Notes: generated from the letters alone by a model not told the origin. Shown: positions 1 to 12,177, numbered from the stretch's first letter. The stretch is DNA of 64,000 nt from Asterias rubens (GCF_902459465.1 NC_047068.1:1736001-1800000); one strand, 5' to 3'. Program-made: numbers and translations.

Positions 1-42
1 GGCAGCAGCGTTTTGTATCCATAAAGTTGTTCACCCCGGAAG

Positions 43-303
43 TAGCAGTTTCAGCAACATTACCATGTACCTTAACTTGATTCATAGAGACTAAGCAAAC
101 CAGAAATAGCAGTTTCAGCAACATAACCATACCTTAACTTGATTCATAAAGACTAAGCAAACCAGAAATAGCAGTTTCAGCAACATTACCAAAGCTAAGC
201 TATACCTTCTCTTTATTCAAAGATATTAAGTACACAAGAAGCCTGTTGTTTCAGCAACATTACCAAAAGTTATACATGTACCTTATCTTGATTCATAGAG
301 ATT
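43..303. repeat. Degenerate tandem repeat, unit about 63 bp, about 4 copies
   Basis: Recurring gtttcagcaacattacca...taccttaacttgattcatagagactaa. Confidence 0.8.
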
Positions 304-624
304 AATCACACCACATACATGTGTACGCGGGTAACGCCATCACGCCACAGTTTTATTGTCGTTCCATGTTTAATGGAATACACAACAGGAAGCAGCTGAC
401 ACAAGTAGCAACAACATCACCAAGTGACACTAAGGTCTGGACCATTGAGTACTTCCCCATGTCCAGATTGACACCTAAGGGTTGAATTCTAAACATTGTA
501 TAATGAGTTAATGTATAGCAATGCTGCTTGCTTGTTGTATATTAAGCACTAGAGAGTGGAACCAGATGGCATTGTAATGAGTTACGTAGACAGTCTGTAG
601 TATAATTGTGGTGGTTCAGTTTAA

Positions 625-988
625 AGGCAGTGGACACTGTTGGTAATTACTCAAAATAATTATTAGCACAAACACTTACTTTGCAACGAGTAGGCCTAAT
701 GGGGAGAGGTTGATAGTATAAAACGTTGTGAAATAACGTAGTTTTCCAGAAAGAAGTAATTTTTCATGAATTTAATTTCGAAACCTCAGATTTAGAATTT
801 GAGGTCTCGAAATCAAGCATCTGAAAGCAAACAACTTCGTGTGACAATGGTATTTCTTCTTTCATAGTTATCTCGCAACTTCAACAACAGATTGGGCTCA
901 AATTTTCACAGGTTTGTTATTTTATGATGTTGAGATAAACCAAGTGAGAATACTGGTCTTTGACAATTACCAATAGTGTCCAGTGTCT
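625..988 (+). mobile_element. Kolobok-like (T2-type) MITE family A
   Basis: TTAA|AGGCAGTGGACACT.TTGGTAATT ... AATTACCAATAGTGTCCAGTGTCT|ATAA; internal palindrome TTTCGA(G/A)ACCTCA..TGAGGTCTCGAAA. Confidence 0.85.
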
Positions 989-1692
989 ATAAAGGCAAAG
1001 TATGGGTATACCTTTAGTTTTTTCTTCAACTGTCTGATTGTTTGTCCTATGTAAAAGTAGATTAACCTTAATGTAGATGTACACATTGAAACTAATATAA
1101 AAATTTCTGCACCCCAAACGAAGATATTGACAAAATAGGGATATCGCCAACTTAGGGCTAGATAGCTCAGTTGGTAGAGCACTGGAGATCGTTTATTCAA
1201 ATCCCACTCTAGTCAATTCTCTGTTCAACCTCAAAAATCATCTGAAAATTTCATTACAAAATGTGGTCGCGTTTTTGAGATATCGCCAAAAATTTGGTGC
1301 AAATATGTCCATGCAGGAAGAATTATCCCTAATTATATAGGAATACATAATTTGAGGAGCGTAATTTAGGCCGACAGTAACGCTTCTCGGATTCAAATTC
1401 GGGGATATAATTAATTTGCTTAAACATATCAGAGGCTTCTGTAGGCTTACCATTTGTTATTGCCATTAATTTTAAGAGAGATTACCAAACATATAAATAG
1501 ACCCTACCATCTCTTTTGATGGCCTGCTTCCTGAACTTAACATCTGAAAATGCTCTGTTTTAATAATGTTTTTACCGTTGGAACTTCAAAGAAACCTGTA
1601 AATATGTTGAAAGTACATTATGTCATTGACATGTACATTTAACTTAATGACATTTGCATACAAGATAAAGTGCTTGTTGATGCAACATTCTG

Positions 1693-2480
1693 CATGTGTT
1701 TCTTACTTTTCATTCTAATACAGGTTCGTTACTCCGCATTTTATAAGTAAGAAATTCTTTGTAACATTTCAGTTAAAGCCATTATACACTTTCGGTAAAC
1801 AGTACTGTCCAAGTCCCACACCTTATATATAAAATAACAAACCTGTGAAAATTTAGGCTCAATCGGTCATTGGAGTCGGGAGAAAATAACGGGAAAACCC
1901 ACTCTTGTTTCCGCACGTTTCGCCGTGTCATGACATGTGTTTAAAATAAATCCGTAATTCTCGCTATCGAGAATTGATATTGTTTTAATGTTATCTCAAA
2001 AAGTAAAGCATTTCATGGAATAATATTTCAAGAGAAGTCTTTCACCATTACCTTCTGTAAACCCTGTAAATTAATTGTAAATCTGTGAACTTTTTGTTTT
2101 TTTCCTGTTCCGAAAGTGTATAATGGCTTTAACAGTGAGTGACTTCAAAGTGGAAGTATTTACCATTTAATAGTAATACAGTGATTGTCGCATTCGTAGC
2201 ATAATTAGGTACACTCTAGTAAGCATTATTACGCCTGGTTAAATATGGAGGCCATGGCTTCTGTTGCCCTACATGTGTTTCTTACTTTTCATTCTAATAC
2301 AGTTTTGTTATGCCGCATTTATAAGTAAGAAATTCTTTGTAACATTTCAGATAACAGTGAGTGACTTAAAAGTGGTAGTACTTCCCCAGTTAATAGTAAT
2401 TCAGTGAGTGTCACATTCATAAGTGCACTCCACTAAACATAATTAGGCCTGGGTTTTTATGGAGGCAATGGCTTCTGTTG
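1693..2480. repeat. Local tandem duplication of about 220 bp; first copy interrupted by a MITE
   Basis: catgtgtttcttacttttcattctaatacag... at about 1694 and 2272; acagtgagtgactt.aaagtgg at about 2132 and 2354. Confidence 0.85.
1777..2128 (+). mobile_element. Kolobok-like MITE family D
   Basis: Perfect 19-bp TIR AGCCATTATACACTTTCGG; TTAA on both sides; empty site in the duplicate at 2351-2354. Confidence 0.92.
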
Positions 2481-2629
2481 GACTAGTTTTGGCCTTTGTG
2501 CCCCGTCAAAAGTTTCCCATAGACTGTAAGATTTGAAGTGCTCTTTGCCTTGCCCTCTCTAGGTCTGCATTTCTTTTCTGGCTACCTGTATTTTTTTTTC
2601 TTTTCTTTTTTAAATGTCACCTAACAACA

Positions 2630-2967
2630 CAAGGCCAGATGGCCACTTTAAGGTAAAGGCTACACTCAAGTGATTTGGCCTGCCGACCCATTTCAACTGT
2701 CACCAGGGGCGCCTTGCCACCTACTCCTGGGGCTGAAACAGGGTTACCCCTTCACAGTCAGTAAGGATGTGGGCTTGGGTATCTTCCACTAGGAGCCAGG
2801 CTGGTAGAGCAGAATACACTACCTCCTAACTTTGTACAAAGTAATTATGGTTTAGTGTCTTGCTCAAGGGCTCAAGTGTCTGGACCAGGATTTGAACCTA
2901 CACTCTGCTGCTGACAACACCAGAGCATGGGTCCAGTGAACTCAACCGCTCGGCCAAGGCATGCCAC
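2630..2967 (-). mobile_element. tRNA-derived SINE (tRNA-Leu-like head), body type 1
   Basis: Reverse strand reads TGGCCGAGCGGTT (A box)...GGTTCAAATCC (B box)...gacacttgagcccttgagcaagacac. Confidence 0.75.
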
Positions 2968-3509
2968 AAAATTGACTGGGCATTCATTTCATTTAATAGT
3001 ATAATTCTAAAACAATACATATCTGATACTTTTTTCTTTTTTTTTTACATTGTAAGCAGCTGTATTATGTGTATCCTCATTAGTTTCCAAAGTTCTGTAA
3101 TGAAAAAAAAACCAGTCAAATCACTGGGGTGGTATTCAAATCCACTACCTTTGCATTGCTAAAACAAATTATGACAGGCTTTAATCATGAATGTCTATTT
3201 CTGATATTAATTCAATCGTACTGTTTTTATATTTCGTATTTCGCATGTATATTGTAATACTTTTCAGAGATGTTTATATCATATTTCGATGTATTTTTGT
3301 ATACACGTAAATGGTACATTTTTAGTGTAATTTTCATATAACATATTTTTAGACACGCAAAACCAAAACGCATTTCACTGTACAAATATTTGTTTTTTTA
3401 CAAGTGAAAATAAAACATTATTCTGTTCTATTCTATTATATTCTTTATCCTCGATGCAAAAAACAACAACAAACATCTTTTAAAAGTCAATGCAGAGCTC
3501 GCTGCTAAC

Positions 3510-3630
3510 ACATAGGATTCGAGCTGCCTCTAGCCACCGGCTAAGCTTGGTGGTCTAGTAGTAAGACATCTGCTCTAGCAATGCAAAGGTCATGGGTTTG
3601 AATCCCACACGAGTAATTTGCCTTGGGTTT
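3510..3630 (+). mobile_element. tRNA-like SINE core with opposed B boxes
   Basis: ggattcgagc...ggtggtctagtagtaagacatctgctctag...gggtttgaatccc; related copies at about 23055-23570 (-), 53035-53150 (-), 57360-57605. Confidence 0.65.
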
Positions 3631-3799
3631 GGTGGGTTTTTTTTTTTTTTTTTTTTCAGAGAGTTGGAAAAATTCTGTGCTAATTACATGTTGGTTTTTA
3701 CAAAGGAAAAAACAAATAAAACATTGTTTATTCCTGATGACAAAAACCCATATTTTAAATGAATACAATTGATAGTTTGGTTTCCTTCAAATTATTCAG

Positions 3800-3856
3800 G
3801 ACAAACATATCAAGGAGCTGAACGAGTTATTTGCAGCTGTTGATGAAAGGAGGAAA
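3800..3856 (+). CDS. STUB1: STUB1/CHIP internal exon (57 nt), DKHIKELNELFAAVDERRK
   Basis: ttattcag acceptor and gtgagt donor, phase 0/0; matches human DKYMADMDELFSQVDEKRK; in frame with the next two exons. Confidence 0.93.
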
Positions 3857-4019
3857 GTGAGTTGAAATTTTAATTTATTTCCATTTCTATCATTCATCTC
3901 TAATTAATTCTATATTTGATAAACAAATTATCAATGAATTCCATTTCTAATCCTCCTGTCTCGGATTTCCCTCTCCTGGGATACCCAAATAATTAAAAGT
4001 TGACCTGAATAAATATAGC

Positions 4020-4271
4020 CAGGGTCAAGTTTTCATAGAGCTGCTAAGCACAAAACTTTGCTTAGCATGAAATTTCTTCCTTGACAAAAACAAGATTACC
4101 AACCAAATTTCCACGTGATTTTCAGATTAAGCAAACAACAGCTGAATACCAGTACGACGCAATATGTAACAAATGGCAATTGGGTTGGTAATCCTGGGTT
4201 TTTATTTCGAGGAAGAAATTTCATGCCAAGCAAATTCTTGGTTCTTAGCAGCTCTATGAAATTGGGCCCAG
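4020..4271. mobile_element. MITE family G (C[A/T]G-GGCCCAATTTCATAGAGCTGCTAAGC TIR)
   Basis: TIRs ...catagagctgctaag / cttagcagctctatgaaattgggcc; other copies 39781-40028, 50192-50389, 54647-54861, 59300-59447. Confidence 0.85.
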
Positions 4272-4303
4272 GTACAGTATTAAGTTTCTTCATTAAAGAC
4301 AAT

Positions 4304-4445
4304 GGGAGACTTTCTGGGACGATAGAGGGCAGCAGACTTACCGGGTAAATCCATTGTTCTCAGAATTATGCGCATGTTCAGAACTACGTAAACAATGGAA
4401 ATTTACCCGGTATGTCTGCTGCCACCTAGCGTTGGAAAGTCTCCT
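4304..4445. mobile_element. 142-bp foldback MITE family H
   Basis: GGGAGACTTT...AAAGTCTCCT, flanked by AT; empty site at 4525-4534; near-identical copy at 26171-26312. Confidence 0.9.
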
Positions 4446-4805
4446 ATTGTCATGTTTGCAGTTCAACGATTTAATCTCCAATTTGTACGAGATATATTCT
4501 GCCTGATTAAGTTTCTTCATCGAAGACAATTGTCATTTTCCAATGCAACGATTCAACAATCTCCAATTTGTATGAGATATATTCTGCCACAACTCATCAG
4601 TAAGTTTGGATAGAACTAGCTTTATAATTCACAGTAGAATCTTTGAGTATTGATTCCACTCCACAAGGAGACCAGACAATCATTACTGTCATGTGAGAAG
4701 ACATCGACCATTACTAGATTTTTGATAAGTAACAAGATAGTGCTGATTGTATATCATCAAAGGTTGGGGCATTGATTGGTTTTTGTCAAGGTATTTCTGA
4801 TTTAT

Positions 4806-5149
4806 CGCTCTAAAAACTAAAGAGTTGAATCCAACACTTGCATGAGTTCGGTGAATGACTACACTTTGAAAGTGTTGAATCCAGCATTTTATATGTTGAA
4901 TCCAGCATTTTAAAGTATTCGGTCAACAATTTAAAGGCCAGTTTAACGTTTAAAAAGCAGATCCAACAATTCAGCAGAATTTTGTTGAGAAATGTTGAAA
5001 TAACACTGAAATTGTTGAATTAACACTTTTTGCGTTGGATCAAAAACTTAAAATGCTAGATTTAACAAACAAATCGCTGGATCCAACACTTTCAAAGAGT
5101 AGTCACTCACCGAACTCATGCAAGTGTTCCACTCTTTAGTATTAGAGTA
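4806..5149. mobile_element. Foldback MITE with long TIRs (C[A/G]CTCTAAAA end, CACTA/EnSpm-like)
   Basis: acacttgcatgagttcggtgaatgactacactttgaaagtgttg mirrored by caacactttcaaagagtagtcactcaccgaactcatgcaagtgt. Confidence 0.7.
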
Positions 5150-5439
5150 TAGGCAAAATTTTAAAGTAAGATGCAATAAAAGTCACCTGTGAAAGTTTCA
5201 GTTGAATACATTATGTACTTCAAAGTACACAGCAAAAAACTGTTACAGTCATGACAGTGTTTTTACAGGAACGTGAAATTAAACCACATTTAGTGATGTG
5301 ACGGCAGGTTCAAAGAGTGAATTGAGTTTTTGGTCTCTACCCGACTGCGTGGGTTTTCCCTGAACTAATTCTGGGAATTTCCTCCCCCGACATCTAAAAC
5401 TTAACTTCCTTGTCTTCTCTATAATGGTTCTTGGCTAGT

Positions 5440-6440
5440 AAACAGAAAGATGAGCTAGCCAAGAACCCAGATTACATGTGACCAGAAAAAAAAGATTGGT
5501 CTTAAGGGCCTTTTTAAAAGCAGTGCAACCAGTTAAGTTTCTAACATGGGTGGGAAGTTTATTCAATGTCTGATGGGCAAAGACAGGACAAAAATTAGCA
5601 TCTTCGTTGGTAAAATTTTGCCAGGTTTTGTACAGTTGTAACACAGAACACGAGGATTGGAATAAATAATCTTCAACAAACTACTGTATAAAGTTAACCA
5701 TAGAGTTAATCAGTAATGTAGTCTACTGTAGTCTAATGTGTTACTTTTGAGTACACACAGTAACAAACTGTCCCAGTACTTTCACAGGAAGTTGTTTACA
5801 AACTTGAGACTCAATCTCATCATAACTTAAAGACTTGCAGCAAATGTTTTTAGCAGTTAGTTTATAAACCTGAGGATGCGAAGTGGTGGAAAAGGAAAAG
5901 ACGAGAAAGTCTGAGAAACTGTTGGGGGTGCAGAATGGATAAACCCAGGTTACATGCAATGAAAGAAAAGATGGGTATTGAGGGCCTTTTCAAAAGCAGT
6001 GAGACCATTTGAATTCCTAACACAAGTGGAAAGTTTATTTTATAGCCAGTACAGCCAAGGGCCAGAGACAGAAACAGATTCATGAGCATCTTTGTTGGTA
6101 AAACTGCCAGGTTATAATAATAGTAATAGTAATAAATAATACTTATAGAGCGCATCTTACAAAGATACAGTATAAAGAGAGCTACGAAAAATAAAGTTTA
6201 TGAGCGAGAAGAGAACAGATGCGTTTTTAATTTACTCTTGAACGTCTGGAGTATGTTGGTGTTTCGAATAATGTCTTGGTAGTGCATCAGGGAACAGTGA
6301 CTGAGAAGGACCGGTCCCCTGCTCTTGTGCGAGTGCGAGGGATTGTTATATTCTGGCTGGAGCGGAGGCCACTCCGGCCAGGTTTGTTGAAATTTAGAGA
6401 CTCTGTGATGTATTGAGGAAGTATTGTTATGCACAGTACA
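5440..6440 (-). mobile_element. Cluster of three L2/CR1-like LINE 3' ends
   Basis: Minus-strand peptides LNKLP..VRNL....AFKKALKTNLF and FKSKLKTHLF; (TAT)n tail with gcgctctataag at about 6115-6155. Confidence 0.65.
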
Positions 6441-6964
6441 TGGGGCGGTTCTAACACATACATATTGTTAGAGGGTTAGAATAAATGTACTCCTGAACCT
6501 GAACAAACTACTGTATAGAGTTTACCATAGGGTTAATCAGTAATGCGGCCAATAAAAGGATGCAGGCAGAAGTTGGGTAAGGTCCCCATTAAGGCTAGAC
6601 AAGTAAGCAATTAATAACAAGTGTAGATTGACAATCAAGATGACATGGCTCCTAAACTGCTTCTTAGTCTGGTGGGGTTCCAGTCCTCACTAAGCCACTC
6701 CAAGTAGCGATTGAACTGCATCTCTTACGACTCTCATGTGTCTTAATTTATCACATGATGAATGCTAGTGATTAAACTTACAGGACAACAAGGCACATCA
6801 CTGGTTATTATTTGAATTGGTCCATTAACAACAGCCAGCCACCAACCTGATCTAACTTAGAAAGTACTGGATTGGGATGATGATACTTTGAATGGTTAGA
6901 AACTTGAGAGAAAATAACTAGCTGTTGCAACTGCTTATAACCAAAAGGACCTATTGTGAAAACA

Positions 6965-7350
6965 AGTTAATGGCCTGATGTTTCGACCCTATAGCAGAGT
7001 CTTTCAGCTCATAACATAAAAACACACAGGAACAGGTACTCAAGTGTAACAAAAGCACTCAAGTGGCAATACATGTGCAGAGAGACACGAGAGAGAGAGG
7101 AGGCAGAAAGGATACAGACAAATCAAAGAAAGGGAGAAAGGAGGTGGAGGGAAGGGACTGGTTTGACCACAAGAAGTTGGACAGTTAAGAAACTTATTAC
7201 ATACCATAAAGACTTGAAGCCAGAAATGAAGAATAAAAGATGTCATATTAAAAGATGACAGACGCCAATTATGGAGACGAGCTGTCATGGCCGCCGCCAT
7301 CCACTAAAAAGCTCTTCTACATCAATCACCACCCACAAAACAAGTTCAGT
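6965..7350 (-). mobile_element. Penelope-like element terminal fragment
   Basis: ggcctga(c/t)gtttcgaccct..gcagagtcttt motif also at about 16878 and 19460. Confidence 0.5.
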
Positions 7351-8451
7351 TAATAGCAACTCAACTTGCTGTACTCCTACCCAACCATTCTCAAGAAAAT
7401 TGTCGGCAATTTCAAGACGGAGGCAAACGACTGATTTATCTTGTGTAAGGATCAGCATTTAAGGCTCCAAGCGAAGGAACAGGAAACGTTCCATCGACGT
7501 ACCTAAATGTCAGATCTAAATAATAGTTATGTTGATATTAGATGTACGTGTACTTTACCCCCATTTAAGTGCTAGACTCTGATATATCGTCCTTTGTGAT
7601 TCCGCAATTGGGATGGAATGCACTGATAAATTGATGAGCCATCTTGTAATTACACAAAATTGTTGTCCGAGATGTCCGTTTATCCAATTCCCACCGCCTT
7701 TTCCGTAATAAATGGATTTGTTTTTATTGAGTGTACATGCTGTACTTGTTAGTTTATGGGGAGTGACTTTTGTACTTTTTACTGTATCCCCTGGTGTGTC
7801 ACAGTTATTGTGGAACTTCAGAGTGTGTGATTCTGATATGGATGTTTTTAGAGGGGTCTAAAAGAGTGGCAACAAGGTCTAAACTGGCGGTTTAAAACCG
7901 GCAGGGTCGTGGCCTTGCTTCGGCTCGGTCCTTCATTTTACAGCCACGACCCTGCTAGGTTTTAAATGCCTGGTTAAGACCGATTCACTGCTCTTTTAGT
8001 CCCATTCATAAATGGCCATTGTAAGCAGAATGATATTGTTGACAAAATTGTAAAACCCTTCTGTAAATTTTCAATTCCTGTCATGTCTTGAGCTAAACTT
8101 TACGCTTTACTCGACTTTACGCTCATCGATAGGTGCGTATGGATAGGTGCGTAATAACAAATTTGAAACTGAGCACCTGTATGAACTGATTGCGATACGC
8201 ATAAATTGGCGCTCTTGTGGGCTTGCGCACCACGTGTATAGTTAAAAACACTTCTTCAAAGTGTTTAAACATGACCATGAGATCTCCTCTCAACCAATCA
8301 GAAGGGATAAACTGTCCCTGGTATTTATGAATTTCAAACTTCATGGGTGGTTTAATACTTAGAAGTGGCCCCATGAAACCATAACTTTTCTTATGACTGA
8401 ATGAAAACTAATTTGTTGGTTAAAGATCTTTTGTTTTTGTTTGCCCTACAG

Positions 8452-8568
8452 ACAAGAGAGGTACCAGACTATCTGTGTGGTAAGATCAGCTTTGAGATCA
8501 TGAAGGATCCAGTTATAACACCCAGTGGTATTACGTATGACAAGAAAGATATTGAAGAGCATTTACAG
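8452..8568 (+). CDS. STUB1: STUB1/CHIP U-box exon (117 nt), [39 protein letters not shown]
   Basis: ccctacag / gtaatt splice sites; U-box motif [21 protein letters not shown]. Confidence 0.97.
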
Positions 8569-9200
8569 GTAATTTATTGTATAGTTTTGATCCTGTTCAT
8601 GTTATCATTTCTTCATCCCCAGTTTTATTCAAGGCTCATGAAGCTATTATACAGGATTGGTAGAGCTGACAAAATAGTCGGAGGCTCTGAACTTCCCTCT
8701 TTAAAGGGCCATGCAATTTTCCTTTAGTAATAAGGGGCACTTCTAGGAGGAAAAAGGTAAATTTGTATTTGAAGTAAAATACCCCAAAATACCTCATTAA
8801 AACTATCAAAACTTTATTGAAAGGGCAGAGCAGTTTTTTCACTAGTAAGGTGCATTATGAGGAAAGTGAGTGTTTGTATTGAAACCTTGCAAAGGGCACC
8901 ACAGCACAATCATAGAGCACCACGGCAATTGCTGTATGTATTGTGTTTTATGTGATCAACCACAAAGGCCTACATGACATTACCTTTGAATTACTTACAT
9001 GTAATCTGTTTTGTGAGTCACTCGGGAGAAAATAGTGACAAACGATGCACAATTTCCATTATGTATAAACACACTGTCAGCTGTTGCCTTTTTCGTAGGC
9101 TTCAGATACAGTATTATCAAATATGACTTCATTTCAGAGGGAAATATTTTACAGAAATAGTTGCAACTTCATAATCAGTAAGCTTTCAGACTAAGATTAA

Positions 9201-9579
9201 AGACACTGGACACCTTTGGTAATTGTCACAGACCAGTCTTCTCACTTGGTGTATCTCAACATATGCATAAAAAAAAAAAACTGAGAAAATTTGAGCTCAA
9301 TTGGTCATCGATGTTGCGAGATAGTAATGGAAGAAAAAACACCCTTGTCACATGAAGTTGTGTGCTTTCAGATGCTTAATTTCGAGACCTCAAAATCTAA
9401 TTCTGAGGTCTCGAAATCAAAATCAAGGAAATTTACTTCTTTCTCGAAAATTACGTTACTTCAGAGGGAGCCGTTTCTCACAATGTTTTATACCATCAAC
9501 AGGTCTCCATTGCTTGTTTACCAAGTAAGGTTTTATGCTAATAATTATTTTGAGTAATTACCAATAGTGTCCACTGCCT
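9201..9579 (-). mobile_element. Kolobok-like MITE family A
   Basis: TTAA|AGACACTGGACAC ... GTGTCCACTGCCT|TTAA. Confidence 0.88.
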
Positions 9580-9583
9580 TTAA

Positions 9584-9947
9584 AGCCATTATACACTTTC
9601 GGTACAGAAAACAAAAAAAGTTCACAGATTTACAAATAATTTACAGGGTTTACAGAAGATAATGGTGAAAGACTTCTCTTGAAATATTGTTCCATGAAAT
9701 GCTTTACTTTTTGAGAAAACATTAAAACAATATCAATTCTCATTAGCGAGAATTACGGATTTATTTGAAACACATGTCATGACATGGCGAAACGCGCGGA
9801 AACAAGAGTGGGTTTTCCCGTTATTTTCTCCCGACTCCGATGACCGCTTGAGCCTATATTTTCACAGGTTTGTTATTTTATGTATAAGTTGTGATACACG
9901 AAGTGTGGGACTTGGACAATACTGTTTACCGAAAGTGTCCAATGGCT
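9584..9947 (-). mobile_element. Kolobok-like MITE family D
   Basis: AGCCATTATACACTTTCGG TIR; shares TTAA 9580-9583 with the family A copy. Confidence 0.88.
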
Positions 9948-11560
9948 TTAAGGCTAAACGGATGCAACTGATGATGGGGTCATCCCTGGTCAAAGCTTAA
10001 CTGCAAGTCTGACTGCATCACATTGTATCACTTGCAGTACACAACCTCAGCACCTGACATAGACAGAGAGTAGCAAGTCATCCATTTCATCAACCACCTT
10101 TACACCTGCATTAAAACCTCTCACCACTTCACCACGAGACAGCCCTTTATTAAGTATCACTTTATAGGTGTCCTTCAAGGTCTGATGAGTTCAATTTGAA
10201 ATCTATAACAAGATTTATTCTGCGAGTCTGACAAGGAATCCCGTTAGAATCTGCTACTATGATTGATGAATTGCCACCTTGCATGACACACTAAGTGGGC
10301 ACTCTGATAATTGAATTCATTAGGAGAGTCAGGCGGGTGGATAATGTTCGCTAATCTGTGAAGTGATATCGTCTTGTTTTTGTATCTCTCAACTTTCTTG
10401 GAACATACACACTGACTTATAATCTCTTGCCCTTTTGTCAGGTATCGAGAATGGAATGTCAACACCTGTGTACACATTTCATATTTGTCTTGACTATGTT
10501 GTAGCAGTCCTAGGTCCTAGGTTTTACCCACCCTCCTTGCATCACCAGCCTGGGTTTACCCTTAACTTTGTCAGTGCCAAGCAGCAGAACCAACAGAGCT
10601 CAAATTCTTTGGGAAAATCCACAAGACTGCGGGGCTTGTACAGTTCAAAACATCAGCTGAACCAGAGAAAAAATGTTCACAGACCAGAATCATAATGAGG
10701 AGAAACGAAAATCTACAGTGTCACGATTAACAAATTACACCAACATTGAAAGAAGAAAATTGTTTGGTAACCGTTGCCATACCCCTCATATAGAAACTCC
10801 TTAATTTTCTAACCAAACTGAATCAAACATTGTTTTGAGCTTCATCAACATGCAACCCGCACTTGCACCTGCAGAAAGGGCTTGGCATTTGCCATTCTAC
10901 AACATTAGAATTTATAATCTCAACAGTCCAAGTACCACTCCTTTAAAGAGCCCATGGAGACAGAATACTTCGTAATTGTGTGTTAGGGTTGTTTGTGATT
11001 CGCTTGTGATACCATGAAACATTCAAAAGCAGTGAACCCCATAGGGCTGTTAATAAGCATTCAAATTAGCCTTGCACTGAAAACAAAACATCTAAAAGGA
11101 AACTTTCATCTAAACAGACAGGGGGACTGTTGAGGAGCTGAAGTACAGGGAAAGAACATTCTAGACGGATTGTCTTTGGCACAACACATTTTGTTCAGAA
11201 AGGTAGTTTTGGATAGGTTTATAGAACTGGTTCCACTAGTTTCACATCTTATGTATATGTTTAGGGCCATGCTAGCCTGAGATTTGTGCCTTCAGATGCC
11301 TGAGAAAGGCTGCAGCACTGAAGTCTTCCTCAGTTACAAATATTTCAAGTGCAAATACATGTACCTCTTTCTCAAAAGTTACGCTACTTCAGAGAGAGTC
11401 GTTTCTCACAATGTTCTAGACTATCATTAGCTCTCCAGTGCTTGCTATCAAGTTACTTTTTTATGCTAATATATATTTTGATGAATTGCCTTCAACATTA
11501 CCATTTACATTTGACAGTTTACTAACAAACTCTGTGTGTTTCTTTGTTCACTTTTTGCAG

Positions 11561-11686
11561 AGAGTCGGCCATTTTGACCCTGTGACCCGCATCAAGTTGA
11601 CCCAGGACCAGTTGATTCCAAACCTCGCCATGAAGGAGGTCATTGCAACCTTCTTAGATGAAAATGAATGGGTTGAGGAATACTGA
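11561..11686 (+). CDS. STUB1: STUB1/CHIP terminal coding exon, [10 protein letters not shown]...NEWVEEY*
   Basis: TACTAAC branch point at 11520-11526, ttttgcag acceptor, TGA stop; matches the CHIP C-terminus. Confidence 0.97.
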   Translation, partial: RVGHFDPVTRIKLTQDQLIPNLAMKEVIATFLDENEWVEEY

Positions 11687-11835
11687 ACGCATTTATAGAT
11701 AAGTGTACATATACAACTCTGTTCGAAAGCGTGACTTTCACGCCCACTTAACATAAACTTGCTCCACCGTTACCGGAAGCCCAAATTAGTTGCATTGAGC
11801 AGGACCCGGGAAAGTACTCAGTATACAGTGCTTAA

Positions 11836-12177
11836 AGACACTGGACACCTTTGGTAACTCTCAAGACCACTCTTCTCACTTGGTCTATCTCAACATATGC
11901 ACAAAATTACAAACCTGTGAAAATTTGAACTCTGTCGTCGAAGTTGCGAGATAATAATGGAAGAAAAAACACCCATGTCACACAAAGTTGTGCTTTCAGA
12001 TGCTTGATTTCGGGATTTTTTTTGTGGAAATTTACTTCTTCCTCGAAAACTATGTTACTTCAGAGGGAGCCGTTTATCACAATGTGTTTTACTATCAACA
12101 GCTCTCCATTGCTTGTTACCAGGTAAGTTTTTATGCTAACAATTATTTTGAGTAATTCCCAATAGTGTCCACTGCCT
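11836..12177 (-). mobile_element. Kolobok-like MITE family A (internal deletion)
   Basis: TTAA flanks at 11832-11835 and 12178-12181. Confidence 0.85.

Noticed and set aside
389-434. Possible preceding STUB1 exon (cag|G AAG CAG CTG...ACT AAG|gtctgg; KQLTQVATTSPSDTK), phases 2/0 as expected
   Set aside because: No polypyrimidine tract, weak donor and no recognisable similarity to CHIP; unresolved without RNA data.
1724-1746. 23-nt micro-exon-like segment with strong acceptor and gtaaga donor
   Set aside because: Phase does not fit the STUB1 exon at 3800; lies in a local duplication; no homology.
9291-9557. Recurrent similar short ORFs (MSHEVVCFQMLDFETSNS...; also 29606, 55696, 61528, 63485)
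   Set aside because: Chance reading frames in copies of non-autonomous family A MITEs; variable starts and stops, no transposase motif.
10030-10200. Minus-strand protein-like stretch TPIKVILNKGLSRGEVVRGFNAGVKVVDEMDDLLLSV
   Set aside because: Preceded by an in-frame stop, weak splice sites, no recognised family.
10183-10210. CTGATGA...GAAA hammerhead-like words (also near 44620 and 51064)
   Set aside because: No stem II or stem I pairing around the cores.
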